This document shows, piece by piece, positions 1 to 8,932 of a DNA stretch of 50,508 bases. Origin of the DNA: a bacterium (GTDB taxonomy: Bacteria > Chloroflexota > Dormibacteria > Aeolococcales > Aeolococcaceae); the NCBI GenBank assembly GCA_021847925.1, contig JAJZNI010000016.1, positions 1 through 50,508 of the forward strand, given 5' to 3'. Positions within the stretch are counted from its first letter, which is position 1. Every line of letters starts with the position of its first letter. The translations under genes and the position numbers were made by a program. Below the pieces are notes generated by a model. It had not been told where the DNA came from, searched no databases, and worked only from the letters and a program-made list of their open reading frames with translations.

Positions 1-969
1 AGCCGCCGCGACGCGCCCTCCCCCCGGGCCGTCGCCGCCGAGGTCGATCCGGCCGTGGTGGACATCGACAGCACCCTCGCCGGGGGCACCGGCCTCGCCG
101 AGGGGACGGGGATGGTGATCAGCCCCTCCGGGCTCGTGCTCACCAACAATCACGTCATCGCGGGGAGCGCGAGCCTCAGCGTCCAGGTGGACGGCACCGG
201 GCCCCGGCATCCCGCGCGTGTCATCGGGGACGACCCCACCCGTGACGTCGCCCTCGTCCAGATCGAGGGCGTCTCGGGCCTCCGCACGGTCAGCTTCGCG
301 GACCCGTCCGCGCTGAGCCCGGGGGCCGCGGTCTTCGTGATCGGCAACGCGCTGGGGCGCGGGGGCACCCCGGCGATCAGCGCGGGGACGGTGGCCGCCC
401 TCGGTCAGACCATCTCCGCGAGCAGTCCGACCGGCGCCACCGAGACGCTCCGGGGGATGATCGAGGTCAGCGCGCTGATCCAGAGCGGCGACTCGGGGGG
501 GCCGCTGGTCGACGCGTCCGGCCGCGTCGTCGGCATGGACACCGCGGGCTCGATCAAGGGCCCCATCACGGGCCCCACCACGAGCCGGACCGGCTTCGCG
601 ATCCCCATCGGGACCGCGCGCCGGATCGCAGCCGAGATCCGGGCCGGGCGGGCCAGCGGCACCATCGAGATCGGTCCGGGCCCGCTGATCGGCGTCATCG
701 TCGGCGACGCCGGCGCGGCGCCCTCACCCCCCAGCACCTCGGGCGCTGACGTGATCGCGGTCGACCCGGGCACCCCCGCCGCCGCCGCGGGACTGCGCCG
801 GGGCGACGTGATCACGACCCTGGGCGGGACCGCGATCACCTCGGCCGGGTCTCTCTCGACCGCGCTCGACGCCTACCGCGCGGGTCAGAGGGTGAGGCTC
901 GGGTGGATCGACCCGTCCGGGGAGCGGCGCAGCGCCGTGATCACCCTCGCCCCCGGGCCCCCCGCCTGA
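1..969 (+). CDS. Trypsin-like serine protease, S1C (HtrA/DegP-like) with C-terminal PDZ domain; 5' end runs off the window
   Basis: Frame 1 is open from base 1, so the listed ORF 55..969 only marks the first in-window GTG. Catalytic motifs LTNNHV (His) and GDSGGPLVD (Ser). PDZ-like segment GDVITTLGG. High GC3. Confidence 0.9.
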   Translation, partial: SRRDAPSPRAVAAEVDPAVVDIDSTLAGGTGLAEGTGMVISPSGLVLTNNHVIAGSASLSVQVDGTGPRHPARVIGDDPTRDVALVQIEGVSGLRTVSFADPSALSPGAAVFVIGNALGRGGTPAISAGTVAALGQTISASSPTGATETLRGMIEVSALIQSGDSGGPLVDASGRVVGMDTAGSIKGPITGPTTSRTGFAIPIGTARRIAAEIRAGRASGTIEIGPGPLIGVIVGDAGAAPSPPSTSGADVIAVDPGTPAAAAGLRRGDVITTLGGTAITSAGSLSTALDAYRAGQRVRLGWIDPSGERRSAVITLAPGPPA

Positions 970-1138
970 GCGCGGCGGGCGGGCTCCCCGCGCGGCCCGG
1001 GCCGGCGCCCGGCCTCCGGAGCGCCGCGGCGGACGCATGATATGCGTGCATGCACGGCACCCTGGGGAACCACTGCGGACGGCTGGGCCGGGGGCCCCGA
1101 CCGCCCTCGACCCGGCGACGCCGTCGGAGGTGAGCACC

Positions 1139-2416
1139 ATGGCAGAGGCAGCGCTCGCGACGAGGGAGACGGCGGTCGACGACCCCTGGCACAACGCTCA
1201 GCGGCAGTTCGACGCCGCGGCCGACCTCCTCGAGCTGGACGGCGGCGTGCGCGCCTTCCTGCGCGAGGCGGAGCGGCAGCTCATCGTCGACTTCCCGGTG
1301 AAGATGGACGACGGGTCGATCCGGATGTTCGAGGGCTACCGGGTGCAGCACAACCTGGCTCGCGGGCCCGCCAAGGGGGGCATCCGCTACCACCCGCAGG
1401 TGACCCTCAACGAGATCAAGGCCCTGGCCATGTGGATGACCTGGAAGTGCGCCGCGGCGGGTCTCCCCTTCGGAGGCGCCAAGGGGGGCGTCATCTGCGA
1501 CCCGAAGCGTCTGAGCCGCGGCGAGCTGGAGCGGCTGACGCGCCGCTACGCGGCGGAGATCTCCGTGCTCATCGGGCCGGAGCGGGACATCCCCGCTCCC
1601 GACGTCAACACCACCCCCCAGGTGATGGCCTGGATCATGGACACGGTCTCGATGAGCGCGGGGTACTCGATCCCGGCCGCGGTGACCGGGAAACCGCTCT
1701 CGGTGGGAGGCAGCCAGGGTCGCAACGAGGCGACCGGTCGCGGCGTGTCGATCGTCGCCCGGCGCGTCTGCTCCCGGCTGGGCCGCGATCCCCGCGACCT
1801 CAGGGTGGCCGTCCAGGGGTTCGGCAACGCCGGCAGCGTCGCGGCCCGGCTGATGGCGGAGGGCGGCTTCCGCATCCACGCCGTCTCGGACACGCGCGGG
1901 GCCGTCTGGAGCGACACCCCCCTCGACATGGCCGCGCTCGCCGCCCACAAGCAGCGGACCGGCACGGTGGCGGGGTTCCCCGATGGCCGGCCCATCTCGA
2001 ACGCGGAGCTCCTGGAGGCGCCCGTGGACGTGCTGGTCCCGGCCGCGCTCGAGAATCAGATCACCGCGGAGAACGCCGCGCGGATCAGGGCGGCGCTGGT
2101 CCTGGAGGCGGCCAACGGCCCCACGACACCCGACGCGGACGAGATCCTCTCCCGCCGCGGGGCGACGGTCGTCCCCGACATCATCGCCAACGCCGGCGGC
2201 GTCATCGTCTCGTACTTCGAATGGGTCCAGGACCTGCAGTCCTTCTTCTGGGAGGAGGCCGAGATCAACGACCGCCTGGCCAGGATCATCACCACTGCCT
2301 TCGACACCGCGTGGACCGCCGCGGAGCACCTCCACGTCCCGCTGCGGCTGGGCGCCTACACCGTGGCGGTCCAGAGGGTCGCCGAGGCGACCGCGGACCG
2401 CGGCATCTACCCCTGA
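1139..2416 (+). CDS. gdh: Glutamate dehydrogenase (Glu/Leu/Phe/Val dehydrogenase family), 425 codons
   Basis: Motif GPAKGGIRYHPQVTLNEIKALAMWMTWKCAAAGLPFGGAKGG and Rossmann motif VQGFGNAG. ATG at 1139 is preceded by GGAGG at 1126-1130. The upstream part of ORF 1037..2416 is treated as non-coding. Confidence 0.95.
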   Translation: MAEAALATRETAVDDPWHNAQRQFDAAADLLELDGGVRAFLREAERQLIVDFPVKMDDGSIRMFEGYRVQHNLARGPAKGGIRYHPQVTLNEIKALAMWMTWKCAAAGLPFGGAKGGVICDPKRLSRGELERLTRRYAAEISVLIGPERDIPAPDVNTTPQVMAWIMDTVSMSAGYSIPAAVTGKPLSVGGSQGRNEATGRGVSIVARRVCSRLGRDPRDLRVAVQGFGNAGSVAARLMAEGGFRIHAVSDTRGAVWSDTPLDMAALAAHKQRTGTVAGFPDGRPISNAELLEAPVDVLVPAALENQITAENAARIRAALVLEAANGPTTPDADEILSRRGATVVPDIIANAGGVIVSYFEWVQDLQSFFWEEAEINDRLARIITTAFDTAWTAAEHLHVPLRLGAYTVAVQRVAEATADRGIYP

Positions 2417-2441
2417 TGCCGCCGGGGGCGAGGGCGGCCGG

Positions 2442-3545
2442 TCACCCCGCCTGAGAGGTCGCCGCGGGGGTGAGCACCGAGACCGTGCTGCCCTGGGGCA
2501 CCAGCTCGATCAGCACCTGGCCGGCGACGAGCGGAGCGGGCTGACCGCTGGCCAGCGTGAGCTGGGGCGGTCCCGTGGCTCCCTGGTCCCAGCTGATCGG
2601 GTAGAGCTGGCCGCCCACGGCGAGCTGGCCGCTGCCGCTCGCGTTGGGGCCGATGCCGAAGTCCAGCCCGTCGATCCATGGGTAGTTCGCGGCGTTCTCG
2701 TTGTCGGCGGGGACGGTGATGACCGGGACCTGGAGGACCACGACGTTCGGCACCTCCCACGGCTGTCCGGTGTTGGCGTCCCTGAGGATCCCGGTCGCCG
2801 GGTAGGCGCTGCTTCCCGGCTCGGTGCGCTCGTAGGCGCCGTGGGCCGGGTCGTAGGTGAAGATCGGCCGCTCGTAGGCCGTGATCGGCACCTGGAAGCT
2901 GGTGGCGGCCGCCCCTCCCGCGGGGAGCGCCGACGCCTGCGTGCGCTGCCAGAGCTGGTAGCCCACCGTCCCCATGTGCACCCTCTGCTCAAATGACTGG
3001 AGCACGCTGCCGTTGGTGTACAGGTTGTGCGGTGCTGCGCGCGACGAGATCCGGTACAGGACGCGCGACCCCACCAGTGCGCTGTCCGGGTTGTAGGAGC
3101 GCAGGGGGCTGGCCCTGAGCTGGGCCAGCGTGTAGTTGCTGGCGCCGGAGTAGAGCAGCACGCCCCCGTAGATCTGGAGCAGGCGCAGGTTCACAGGGCG
3201 CGCGCTGCGCACCGGCCCGATGTCCTCCGAGGCGGGGGGCGGGGTGAACCAGAAGGCGGTGAAGCGAGTGATCCCCCCCTCCGTGTCGTACTCGTAGACG
3301 AGGCTGGCGCTGCTCAGCCCCGACTGCGGCCGGGCCGCGTAGAGGTTCTCGACCTGCACCATGAGGGGGGCCCCCAGCGGGGCGGGCTTGAGCGTGGGGG
3401 CTGGCAGCGTGGGGGACGCGGCGGGGCTGGCGGCGGGGCGGGCATGGTGGGACGGCGGCCGCGTCGCGGAGGCCGCGCCGCAGCCGGCGAGAGCGAGGAC
3501 CATAGCGGCGGCGACGGCCGATCGGGAGGGACGGTTTCGGAACAT
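2442..3545 (-). CDS. DUF3048-like secreted lipoprotein
   Basis: Start MFRNRPSRSAVAAAMVLALAGCG (signal peptide plus lipobox LAGC). Body resembles the DUF3048/YerB family. The longer ORF 2442..4466 overlaps fhs and is rejected upstream of 3545. Confidence 0.8.
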   Translation of the reverse strand: MFRNRPSRSAVAAAMVLALAGCGAASATRPPSHHARPAASPAASPTLPAPTLKPAPLGAPLMVQVENLYAARPQSGLSSASLVYEYDTEGGITRFTAFWFTPPPASEDIGPVRSARPVNLRLLQIYGGVLLYSGASNYTLAQLRASPLRSYNPDSALVGSRVLYRISSRAAPHNLYTNGSVLQSFEQRVHMGTVGYQLWQRTQASALPAGGAAATSFQVPITAYERPIFTYDPAHGAYERTEPGSSAYPATGILRDANTGQPWEVPNVVVLQVPVITVPADNENAANYPWIDGLDFGIGPNASGSGQLAVGGQLYPISWDQGATGPPQLTLASGQPAPLVAGQVLIELVPQGSTVSVLTPAATSQAG

Positions 3546-3715
3546 GGTGGCCGGTGCCTCAGGGGGACGCCCCGGGACCCCCGGGCGCGAGGCCACATTG
3601 TGCCCCATGGCCGGGCGGCTGTGCGCGCTCCGGGCGTGAGGGGAGGGCTCCCGCCCCGCCCCCGGCGTGCCGCGAGCGCCCGCGGCCGCCCACCGGACCG
3701 CTCCCCCGCCTCCGA

Positions 3716-5389
3716 TCAGAAGAGGCCCACGATCTCCCCGGCCTGGTCCACGTCGACCCGCTCGGCGGCCGGATGCGCGGTGAGCCCCGGCATGGTGCGC
3801 ATCTCGCCGCTCACGAGGTAGACGAACCCCGCGCCGGCGGCCGGGCGCACCTCGCGGATCGGCATGGTCCAGCCGGTGGGGGCTCCCTTGAGCCGGGGAT
3901 CGGAGGACAGGCTGAGCTGCGTCTTGGCGACGCACACCGGCGAGCGGCCGAAGCCGTCCCGCTCGCACTGGCGGAGCTGACGCCGGGCGCTCGCCTCGTA
4001 GACGACATCGGAGGCCCCGTACACCCGGGTGGCGAGCGTCAGGACCTTCTCCTCCAGCGAGGCGCCCTCCGGGTAGAGGAACCGGAAGCTCTTCGGCTCC
4101 TCCGCCGCCTCGGCCACCGCCTCGGCCAGCTCGACGGCCCCCGCCCCCCCGTCGGCGTAGGCGGTGCTGACGGCGCAGCGCACGCCGAGCCCGCCGGCGA
4201 TCCGGCGGATGGCGGTGTGCTCGCTGGGGTGGTCCTCCGGGTGAGCGTTGATGGCGACCACCACCGGGATCCCGAAGAGGCGGATGTTCTCCACCTGCTT
4301 GCGCAGGTTCGCGCCCCCCACCTCCACCTCCTCGGGGCGCTCCTCGAGCATCTCCGGTGGGAGCGGCCTGCCCGCGACGACGCGGTGGCGGCCCGAGTGG
4401 GCCTTGAGCCCGCGCACCGTGGCCACCACCACCGCGGCGTCCGGGCGCAGACCGCTCACGCGGCACTTGATGTCGAAGAAGCGCTCCGCTCCCATGTCGG
4501 CGCCGAAGCCCGCCTCGGTCACCAGGAAGTCGCCGGCGCGGATGCCCACCAGGTCCCCGATCACGGAGGAGTTGCCGTGGGCGATGTTGCCGAACGGCCC
4601 GGCGTGGACGATGGCCGGCGTCCCCTCCCGGGTCTGGAGAAGGTTGGGCTTCACCGCCTCGCGCATGATCACCGCCATCGCTCCCGCGGCGCGCAGGGCC
4701 TCGGCGGTGACCGGCTCCCCGTCGCGGGTGTGCCCCACCACGATGCGACCGAGCCGCGCCCGGAGATCGGTGAGGGAGCGGGCGAGGGCGAGGACCGCCA
4801 TCACCTCCGAGGCGGCCGTGATGTCGAAGCCGCTCTGCCGGGGCACCCCATCCTGCGGCGTCCCCAGCCCGATGACGACCTCGCGCAGGGAGCGGTCGCA
4901 GATGTCGAGGACGCGCCGCCAGGAGATGCCCCCCGGGTCGATGCCCAGCGAGTTCCCCTGGTACAGGTGGTTGTCGAGCATGGCCGCGAGGAGGTTGTGG
5001 GCGGCGGCCACCGCGTGCATGTCGCCGGTCAGATGGAGGGCCACCCGGTCGAAGGGGACGAGGCTGCTGCGGCCTCCGCCCGCCGCGCCCCCCTTCACGC
5101 CGAAGGTGGGACCCATCGACCCCTGGCGCAGCGAGACCACGGCGCGCCGCCCGATCCGGCGCAGGCCGTCGCCGAGGCCGATGGTGGTGACGGTCTTGCC
5201 CTCCCCGAGGGGGGTGGGCGTGATCGCCGAGACCAGGACGTAGCGGCCCGCAGCGCGGGCGGCCAGGGCGTCGAGGGCGCCGAGGCGGATCTTGGCGACC
5301 CCCTCCCCGTACGGCTCCAGGAGCTCGGGGCCGAGCCCGGCCTCCTCCGCGACCTCAGCGATCGAACGCGTCACGGACACCAGCTGCAT
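3716..5389 (-). CDS. fhs: Formate--tetrahydrofolate ligase
   Basis: 557 aa. P-loop-like PTPLGEGKTVTTIGL, and full-length colinearity with FTHFS as I recall it. Confidence 0.95.
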   Translation of the reverse strand: MQLVSVTRSIAEVAEEAGLGPELLEPYGEGVAKIRLGALDALAARAAGRYVLVSAITPTPLGEGKTVTTIGLGDGLRRIGRRAVVSLRQGSMGPTFGVKGGAAGGGRSSLVPFDRVALHLTGDMHAVAAAHNLLAAMLDNHLYQGNSLGIDPGGISWRRVLDICDRSLREVVIGLGTPQDGVPRQSGFDITAASEVMAVLALARSLTDLRARLGRIVVGHTRDGEPVTAEALRAAGAMAVIMREAVKPNLLQTREGTPAIVHAGPFGNIAHGNSSVIGDLVGIRAGDFLVTEAGFGADMGAERFFDIKCRVSGLRPDAAVVVATVRGLKAHSGRHRVVAGRPLPPEMLEERPEEVEVGGANLRKQVENIRLFGIPVVVAINAHPEDHPSEHTAIRRIAGGLGVRCAVSTAYADGGAGAVELAEAVAEAAEEPKSFRFLYPEGASLEEKVLTLATRVYGASDVVYEASARRQLRQCERDGFGRSPVCVAKTQLSLSSDPRLKGAPTGWTMPIREVRPAAGAGFVYLVSGEMRTMPGLTAHPAAERVDVDQAGEIVGLF

Positions 5390-5409
5390 GACCCGGGGAT
5401 GGTAAGCGC

Positions 5410-6327
5410 TCAGCCCGGGAACAGACCCTCCACCGAGAGGTAGCGCTCCCCGCTGTCATAGGAGAAGCTCAGGACGCGGGCCCCGTCGGCCATCTCCGGG
5501 AGCTTCTGGGCCACGGCGGCGAGCGAGGCTCCGGAGGAGACCCCGACCAGCATGCCCTCCTCACGAGCGCACCGCCGCGCGTACTCGGAGGCGTCCTCCG
5601 GGGCGACCTGGATCACGCCGTCCAGGAGGTCGGTGCGCAGCACCCCGGGGACGAAACCGGCGCCGATCCCCTGGATGGAGTGGGGCCCGGGGCTGCCTCC
5701 GGAGAGCACCGGGGAGAGGGTGGGCTCCACGGCGAACACCCGCAGCGCGGGCCAGCGCGCCCTGAGGACCTCGGCGCAGGCGGTGATGTGCCCGCCGGTG
5801 CCCACGCCCGTGATCAGGTAGTCGAGCCCCTCCGGGAAGTCGGCCGCGATCTCCGCGGCGGTGCCGCGCCGGTGCGCCTCGACGTTGGCCGGGTTGTCGA
5901 ACTGCATCGGCATCCAGGCCCCGGGGATCTCCCGGCGCAGCTCCTCCGCGCGGGCGATCGCGCCCTTCATCCCCAGCTCGCGGGGGGTCAGCTCCAGCTC
6001 CGCCCCGTAGGCCTTCATCAGCCGGCGCCGCTCGATGGAGAACGACTCGGGCATGCAGAGGATGAGGCGATATCCCTTGACGGCGCAGACCAGGGCGAGT
6101 CCGATGCCGGTGTTCCCGGAGGTCGGCTCGACGACCACCGACCCCGGCCCGATGAGCCCCCGACGTTCGGCGTCCTCGACCATCTCCAGGGCGATCCGGT
6201 CCTTGATGCTGCCACCCGGGTTGACCCGCTCCTGCTTCAGCCACACGCTGACCCGCGGGTCGAAGAGCCTGCGAACGCGGACGTGGGGGGTTCTGCCGAT
6301 CGTCTCCAGGACGCTGTCGTGGGGCAT
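5410..6327 (-). CDS. cysK: Cysteine synthase (O-acetylserine sulfhydrylase), PLP-dependent
   Basis: GGSIKDR (PLP lysine), [24 protein letters not shown] at 6325-6327 is preceded by GAGGAGG and lies 16 nt after the cysE stop. Confidence 0.9.
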   Translation of the reverse strand: MPHDSVLETIGRTPHVRVRRLFDPRVSVWLKQERVNPGGSIKDRIALEMVEDAERRGLIGPGSVVVEPTSGNTGIGLALVCAVKGYRLILCMPESFSIERRRLMKAYGAELELTPRELGMKGAIARAEELRREIPGAWMPMQFDNPANVEAHRRGTAAEIAADFPEGLDYLITGVGTGGHITACAEVLRARWPALRVFAVEPTLSPVLSGGSPGPHSIQGIGAGFVPGVLRTDLLDGVIQVAPEDASEYARRCAREEGMLVGVSSGASLAAVAQKLPEMADGARVLSFSYDSGERYLSVEGLFPG

Positions 6328-6343
6328 GCGGGTCCTCCTCGGG

Positions 6344-7258
6344 CTAGATGGAGTAGTCGATGCTGTCCAGGGTGTCGGCCACGCTGCGCACCCGGATCTG
6401 GCTCGTGTGATAGACGAACGAATGCGGGGGTACGCCGGTCGTGAGCCAGACGTTCCCGCCGATGACGCTGTCGTGGCCCACGACCGTGTCGCCACCCAGC
6501 ACCGTGGCATTGGCGTAGATGACCACACGGTCCTCGATGGTGGGGTGGCGCTTGGAGCCGGCGGCGGACTTGGCCACGCTCAGCGCGCCGAGGGTCACCC
6601 CCTGGTAGAGCTTGACCCGATCGCCGATCACCGCCGTCTCGCCGATGACGATGCCGGTGCCGTGGTCGATGCAGAGGCTGTCGCCGATGGCGGCTCCGGG
6701 GTGGATGTCGATCCCGGTGCGCGCGTGCGCCGCCTCGCTGAGCAGGCGGGGCAGCAGGGGGGTTCCCTGGCGGTGCAGCTCGTGGGCGAGGCGGTGGACG
6801 GCGATGGCGACGAAACCCGGGTAGGCGGCGACAACCTCGTCCAGGCTCTCGGCGGCGGGGTCGCCGTCGAGGATGGCCTGGGCATCGGCCCGCAGCCGCT
6901 CGCGGATGTCGGGCAGCGCCGCGGTGAGCCCGGCGGCGGCCGCCCCCGCCCCGGTGGGCGGCTCCACCGAGCGGAGCATGCTCCCCAGCTCGGCACGCAG
7001 AAGGGTGATGCGGGAGGCCAGCTGGGCCTCGTTCGCGGTGCGCTCCACGCCCTCCTGGGGGAAGAGCAGACCGAGCGCGGCGTCGACGAAGCGGTCGATC
7101 CGCCGCCGCGACGGCAGCCGGGGGGGGCGAGCGCCGCGCCGCTCCATCAGGCGGCGGGCCACCTCGCGATCCGCGTCCACGGGCTCCCGGGCGTGTCCTC
7201 GGGGGTGCGCGCTCGGCGCCGCCTCGACGCCCCGATCCGCCCGGCTCGTCGCATCCAT
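6344..7258 (-). CDS. cysE: Serine O-acetyltransferase, long N-terminal (EpsC-like) form
   Basis: Hexapeptide-repeat core [44 protein letters not shown]-domain [16 protein letters not shown]. Start ambiguous: ATG at 7258 or GTG at 7309, and neither has a clear SD. Confidence 0.85.
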   Translation of the reverse strand: MDATSRADRGVEAAPSAHPRGHAREPVDADREVARRLMERRGARPPRLPSRRRIDRFVDAALGLLFPQEGVERTANEAQLASRITLLRAELGSMLRSVEPPTGAGAAAAGLTAALPDIRERLRADAQAILDGDPAAESLDEVVAAYPGFVAIAVHRLAHELHRQGTPLLPRLLSEAAHARTGIDIHPGAAIGDSLCIDHGTGIVIGETAVIGDRVKLYQGVTLGALSVAKSAAGSKRHPTIEDRVVIYANATVLGGDTVVGHDSVIGGNVWLTTGVPPHSFVYHTSQIRVRSVADTLDSIDYSI

Positions 7259-7346
7259 CAGGGCTGCAAGCCTGACAGGTGCGCGTGCCGGCCCGCCCGC
7301 CCACGCCACACGACCCGGGGTGACCGCGGGCCGCGCGGGGTACCGG

Positions 7347-8669
7347 CTACCGTGCTCCCGCCGGGAGCTGCCGGCCGCCCGCGCCCGGCAGCACCGTGTA
7401 CGGCCAGCTGGCGGGGCCGAACGGCACGTGGGCGCGCACCGTGTGGCCCTCCGCGCTCAACCAGCGCTGAAGGTCGACCCGGATCCCGTACAGCATCTCG
7501 AACTCGTAGCGGTCCGGGGGCCACCCCTCCTGCTCCGCGATCTCCCTGATGGCGCGGACGAGGGTGTGGTCGTGGGTTGCGAAGATGGGGCGGAAGCCGG
7601 CCTCGCGGGCCTGCGCCGACAGCATGCTCCGTGCCAGCGCCAGGTACGCGGCGCTCACCGCGCGCTGGCCCTGGTGCTCCTCCTCGGGCGTCGACGAGTA
7701 GGCGCCCTTGACGAGCCGCACCGCGGTCGGGTGGCGCAGGAGCGGCTCGACGTCCCGGGCGGTGCGCCGCAGCCTCGCCTGCAGCGTGATCCCGGCGGCG
7801 AGGCCCCGCGCCGCCAGGGCGGCGTGGAGGCGGAGGGTCGGCTCCACCAGCGAGAGGTCCTCCATGTCGAGCGTGACCAGGTTGAGACGCCCGGGCGGCT
7901 GCTCGGCGGCCGCTCGAACGATCCGCTCGGCGTTGCGCACGCAGAGGTCCGCGTCGGTGATCAGCCCGATGGCGGTGGGGTCGACGGAGACGTGCGCGCC
8001 CAGCCCCGCCGCCCCCAGGAGGCGGCAGGCCTCGACGGTCGAGGTCACCATGCTCTCGACGCGCTCCGGATCGCTCACGTACTCGCTGAGAAAGAAGAGC
8101 TCGGCGCCGATGTCCTGGCTCACACGGAGCCGCTGGGCCATCGCCACCGCGGCCTCCGCCGTGGGGGGCACCCGGGCGGCCATCTGCTCCTCGAACCCCG
8201 CGAGCTGCAGGCGCTCGTAGAGGTCGTGGACGTCCCCCGCGCCCAGCTCCGCGCCGAGCTGGTCGAGGAGATCCTCCTCGACCGAGTGCAGATGGCGGCG
8301 CAGCAGGCGCACCAGGGCGGTGATGTGGCGCCGGCAGCTCGCATTGTCGCTGATGCCGGCGGCGAACCGGGCGTGGTCGTGGAGCACCCTCGTCGCCCGC
8401 CGGTCGAGCTCCTCGCACTCCGCGGCGAGGCGATCCACCAGCATCGGGTCGACTCCGGCGAGCCGGCGCACCTCCGGGAAGAGGATCGACCTCTCGGCCC
8501 GCAGATGCGGGGTCATCACCTCCTGCAGGTAGTCCGACACCCGGGCAAACGCCGTGAGCTTGTCGGCGAACTCGGCCCTGTCGCGCAACCGGTCCTCGAG
8601 CTGGGAGACCAGGGCCACCCCGCTGCGGAGCCGGTCGTGCAGATGGCGCAGGCTGTCCGTCGCCGTCAT
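7347..8669 (-). CDS. Hemerythrin (HHE cation-binding) domain fused to monofunctional proline dehydrogenase
   Basis: The N-terminal ~140 aa have two HxxxE elements (PHLRAE, HSVEE). The C-terminal ~300 aa carry the PRODH barrel motifs RLVKGAY, FATHD, EFEMLYG and VPFG..W.PY. GC3 jumps to ~29/30 at the ATG at 8669. An in-frame ATG at 8759 has the better SD but lower GC3. Confidence 0.8.
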   Translation of the reverse strand: MTATDSLRHLHDRLRSGVALVSQLEDRLRDRAEFADKLTAFARVSDYLQEVMTPHLRAERSILFPEVRRLAGVDPMLVDRLAAECEELDRRATRVLHDHARFAAGISDNASCRRHITALVRLLRRHLHSVEEDLLDQLGAELGAGDVHDLYERLQLAGFEEQMAARVPPTAEAAVAMAQRLRVSQDIGAELFFLSEYVSDPERVESMVTSTVEACRLLGAAGLGAHVSVDPTAIGLITDADLCVRNAERIVRAAAEQPPGRLNLVTLDMEDLSLVEPTLRLHAALAARGLAAGITLQARLRRTARDVEPLLRHPTAVRLVKGAYSSTPEEEHQGQRAVSAAYLALARSMLSAQAREAGFRPIFATHDHTLVRAIREIAEQEGWPPDRYEFEMLYGIRVDLQRWLSAEGHTVRAHVPFGPASWPYTVLPGAGGRQLPAGAR

Positions 8670-8932
8670 GCTCCCACCATCGCAGCAAGCGCAGCGAGGC
8701 GCCAGGGTCCAACTGCACGTGCCGGGACGGGACCGCCGTCGTGGCGCCGGGAGCGCCATCGAGCTCCCCGCCCGGCCGGAGCGCGGCCCGCGCGGGTCCC
8801 GCGACCTCGCACCGCTGCCGGGCTCGGCGCCCTCGGGGCGTCGGGGCGGCCTCCGTGCCCGAGGCGTGGAGCCGGACCCCGGGGCCTGCTCCCGGGACCG
8901 CGACGTGGGGGTCCTCGCCGGCGAGGGGGCCG

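Noticed and set aside
2418-2438. GC hairpin GCCGCC-N9-GGCGGC between the convergent gdh and DUF3048 genes; also ACTGAC-N7-GTCAGT at 15625..15643.
   Set aside because: Short stems with no U-tract on either strand, and one overlaps a stop codon. Too weak to call as intrinsic terminators.
3546-4466. N-terminal extensions of listed ORFs: 2442..4466, 5410..6528, 7347..9764, 8933..11419, 11367..12863, 16888..18324, 20702..22177, 35196..36707, 47326..48483, 1037..2416.
   Set aside because: The extensions overlap neighbouring well-supported genes or lose the GC3 bias. Internal starts with SD sequences, signal peptides or start/stop overlaps (ATGA/GTGA) fit the conserved domain boundaries.
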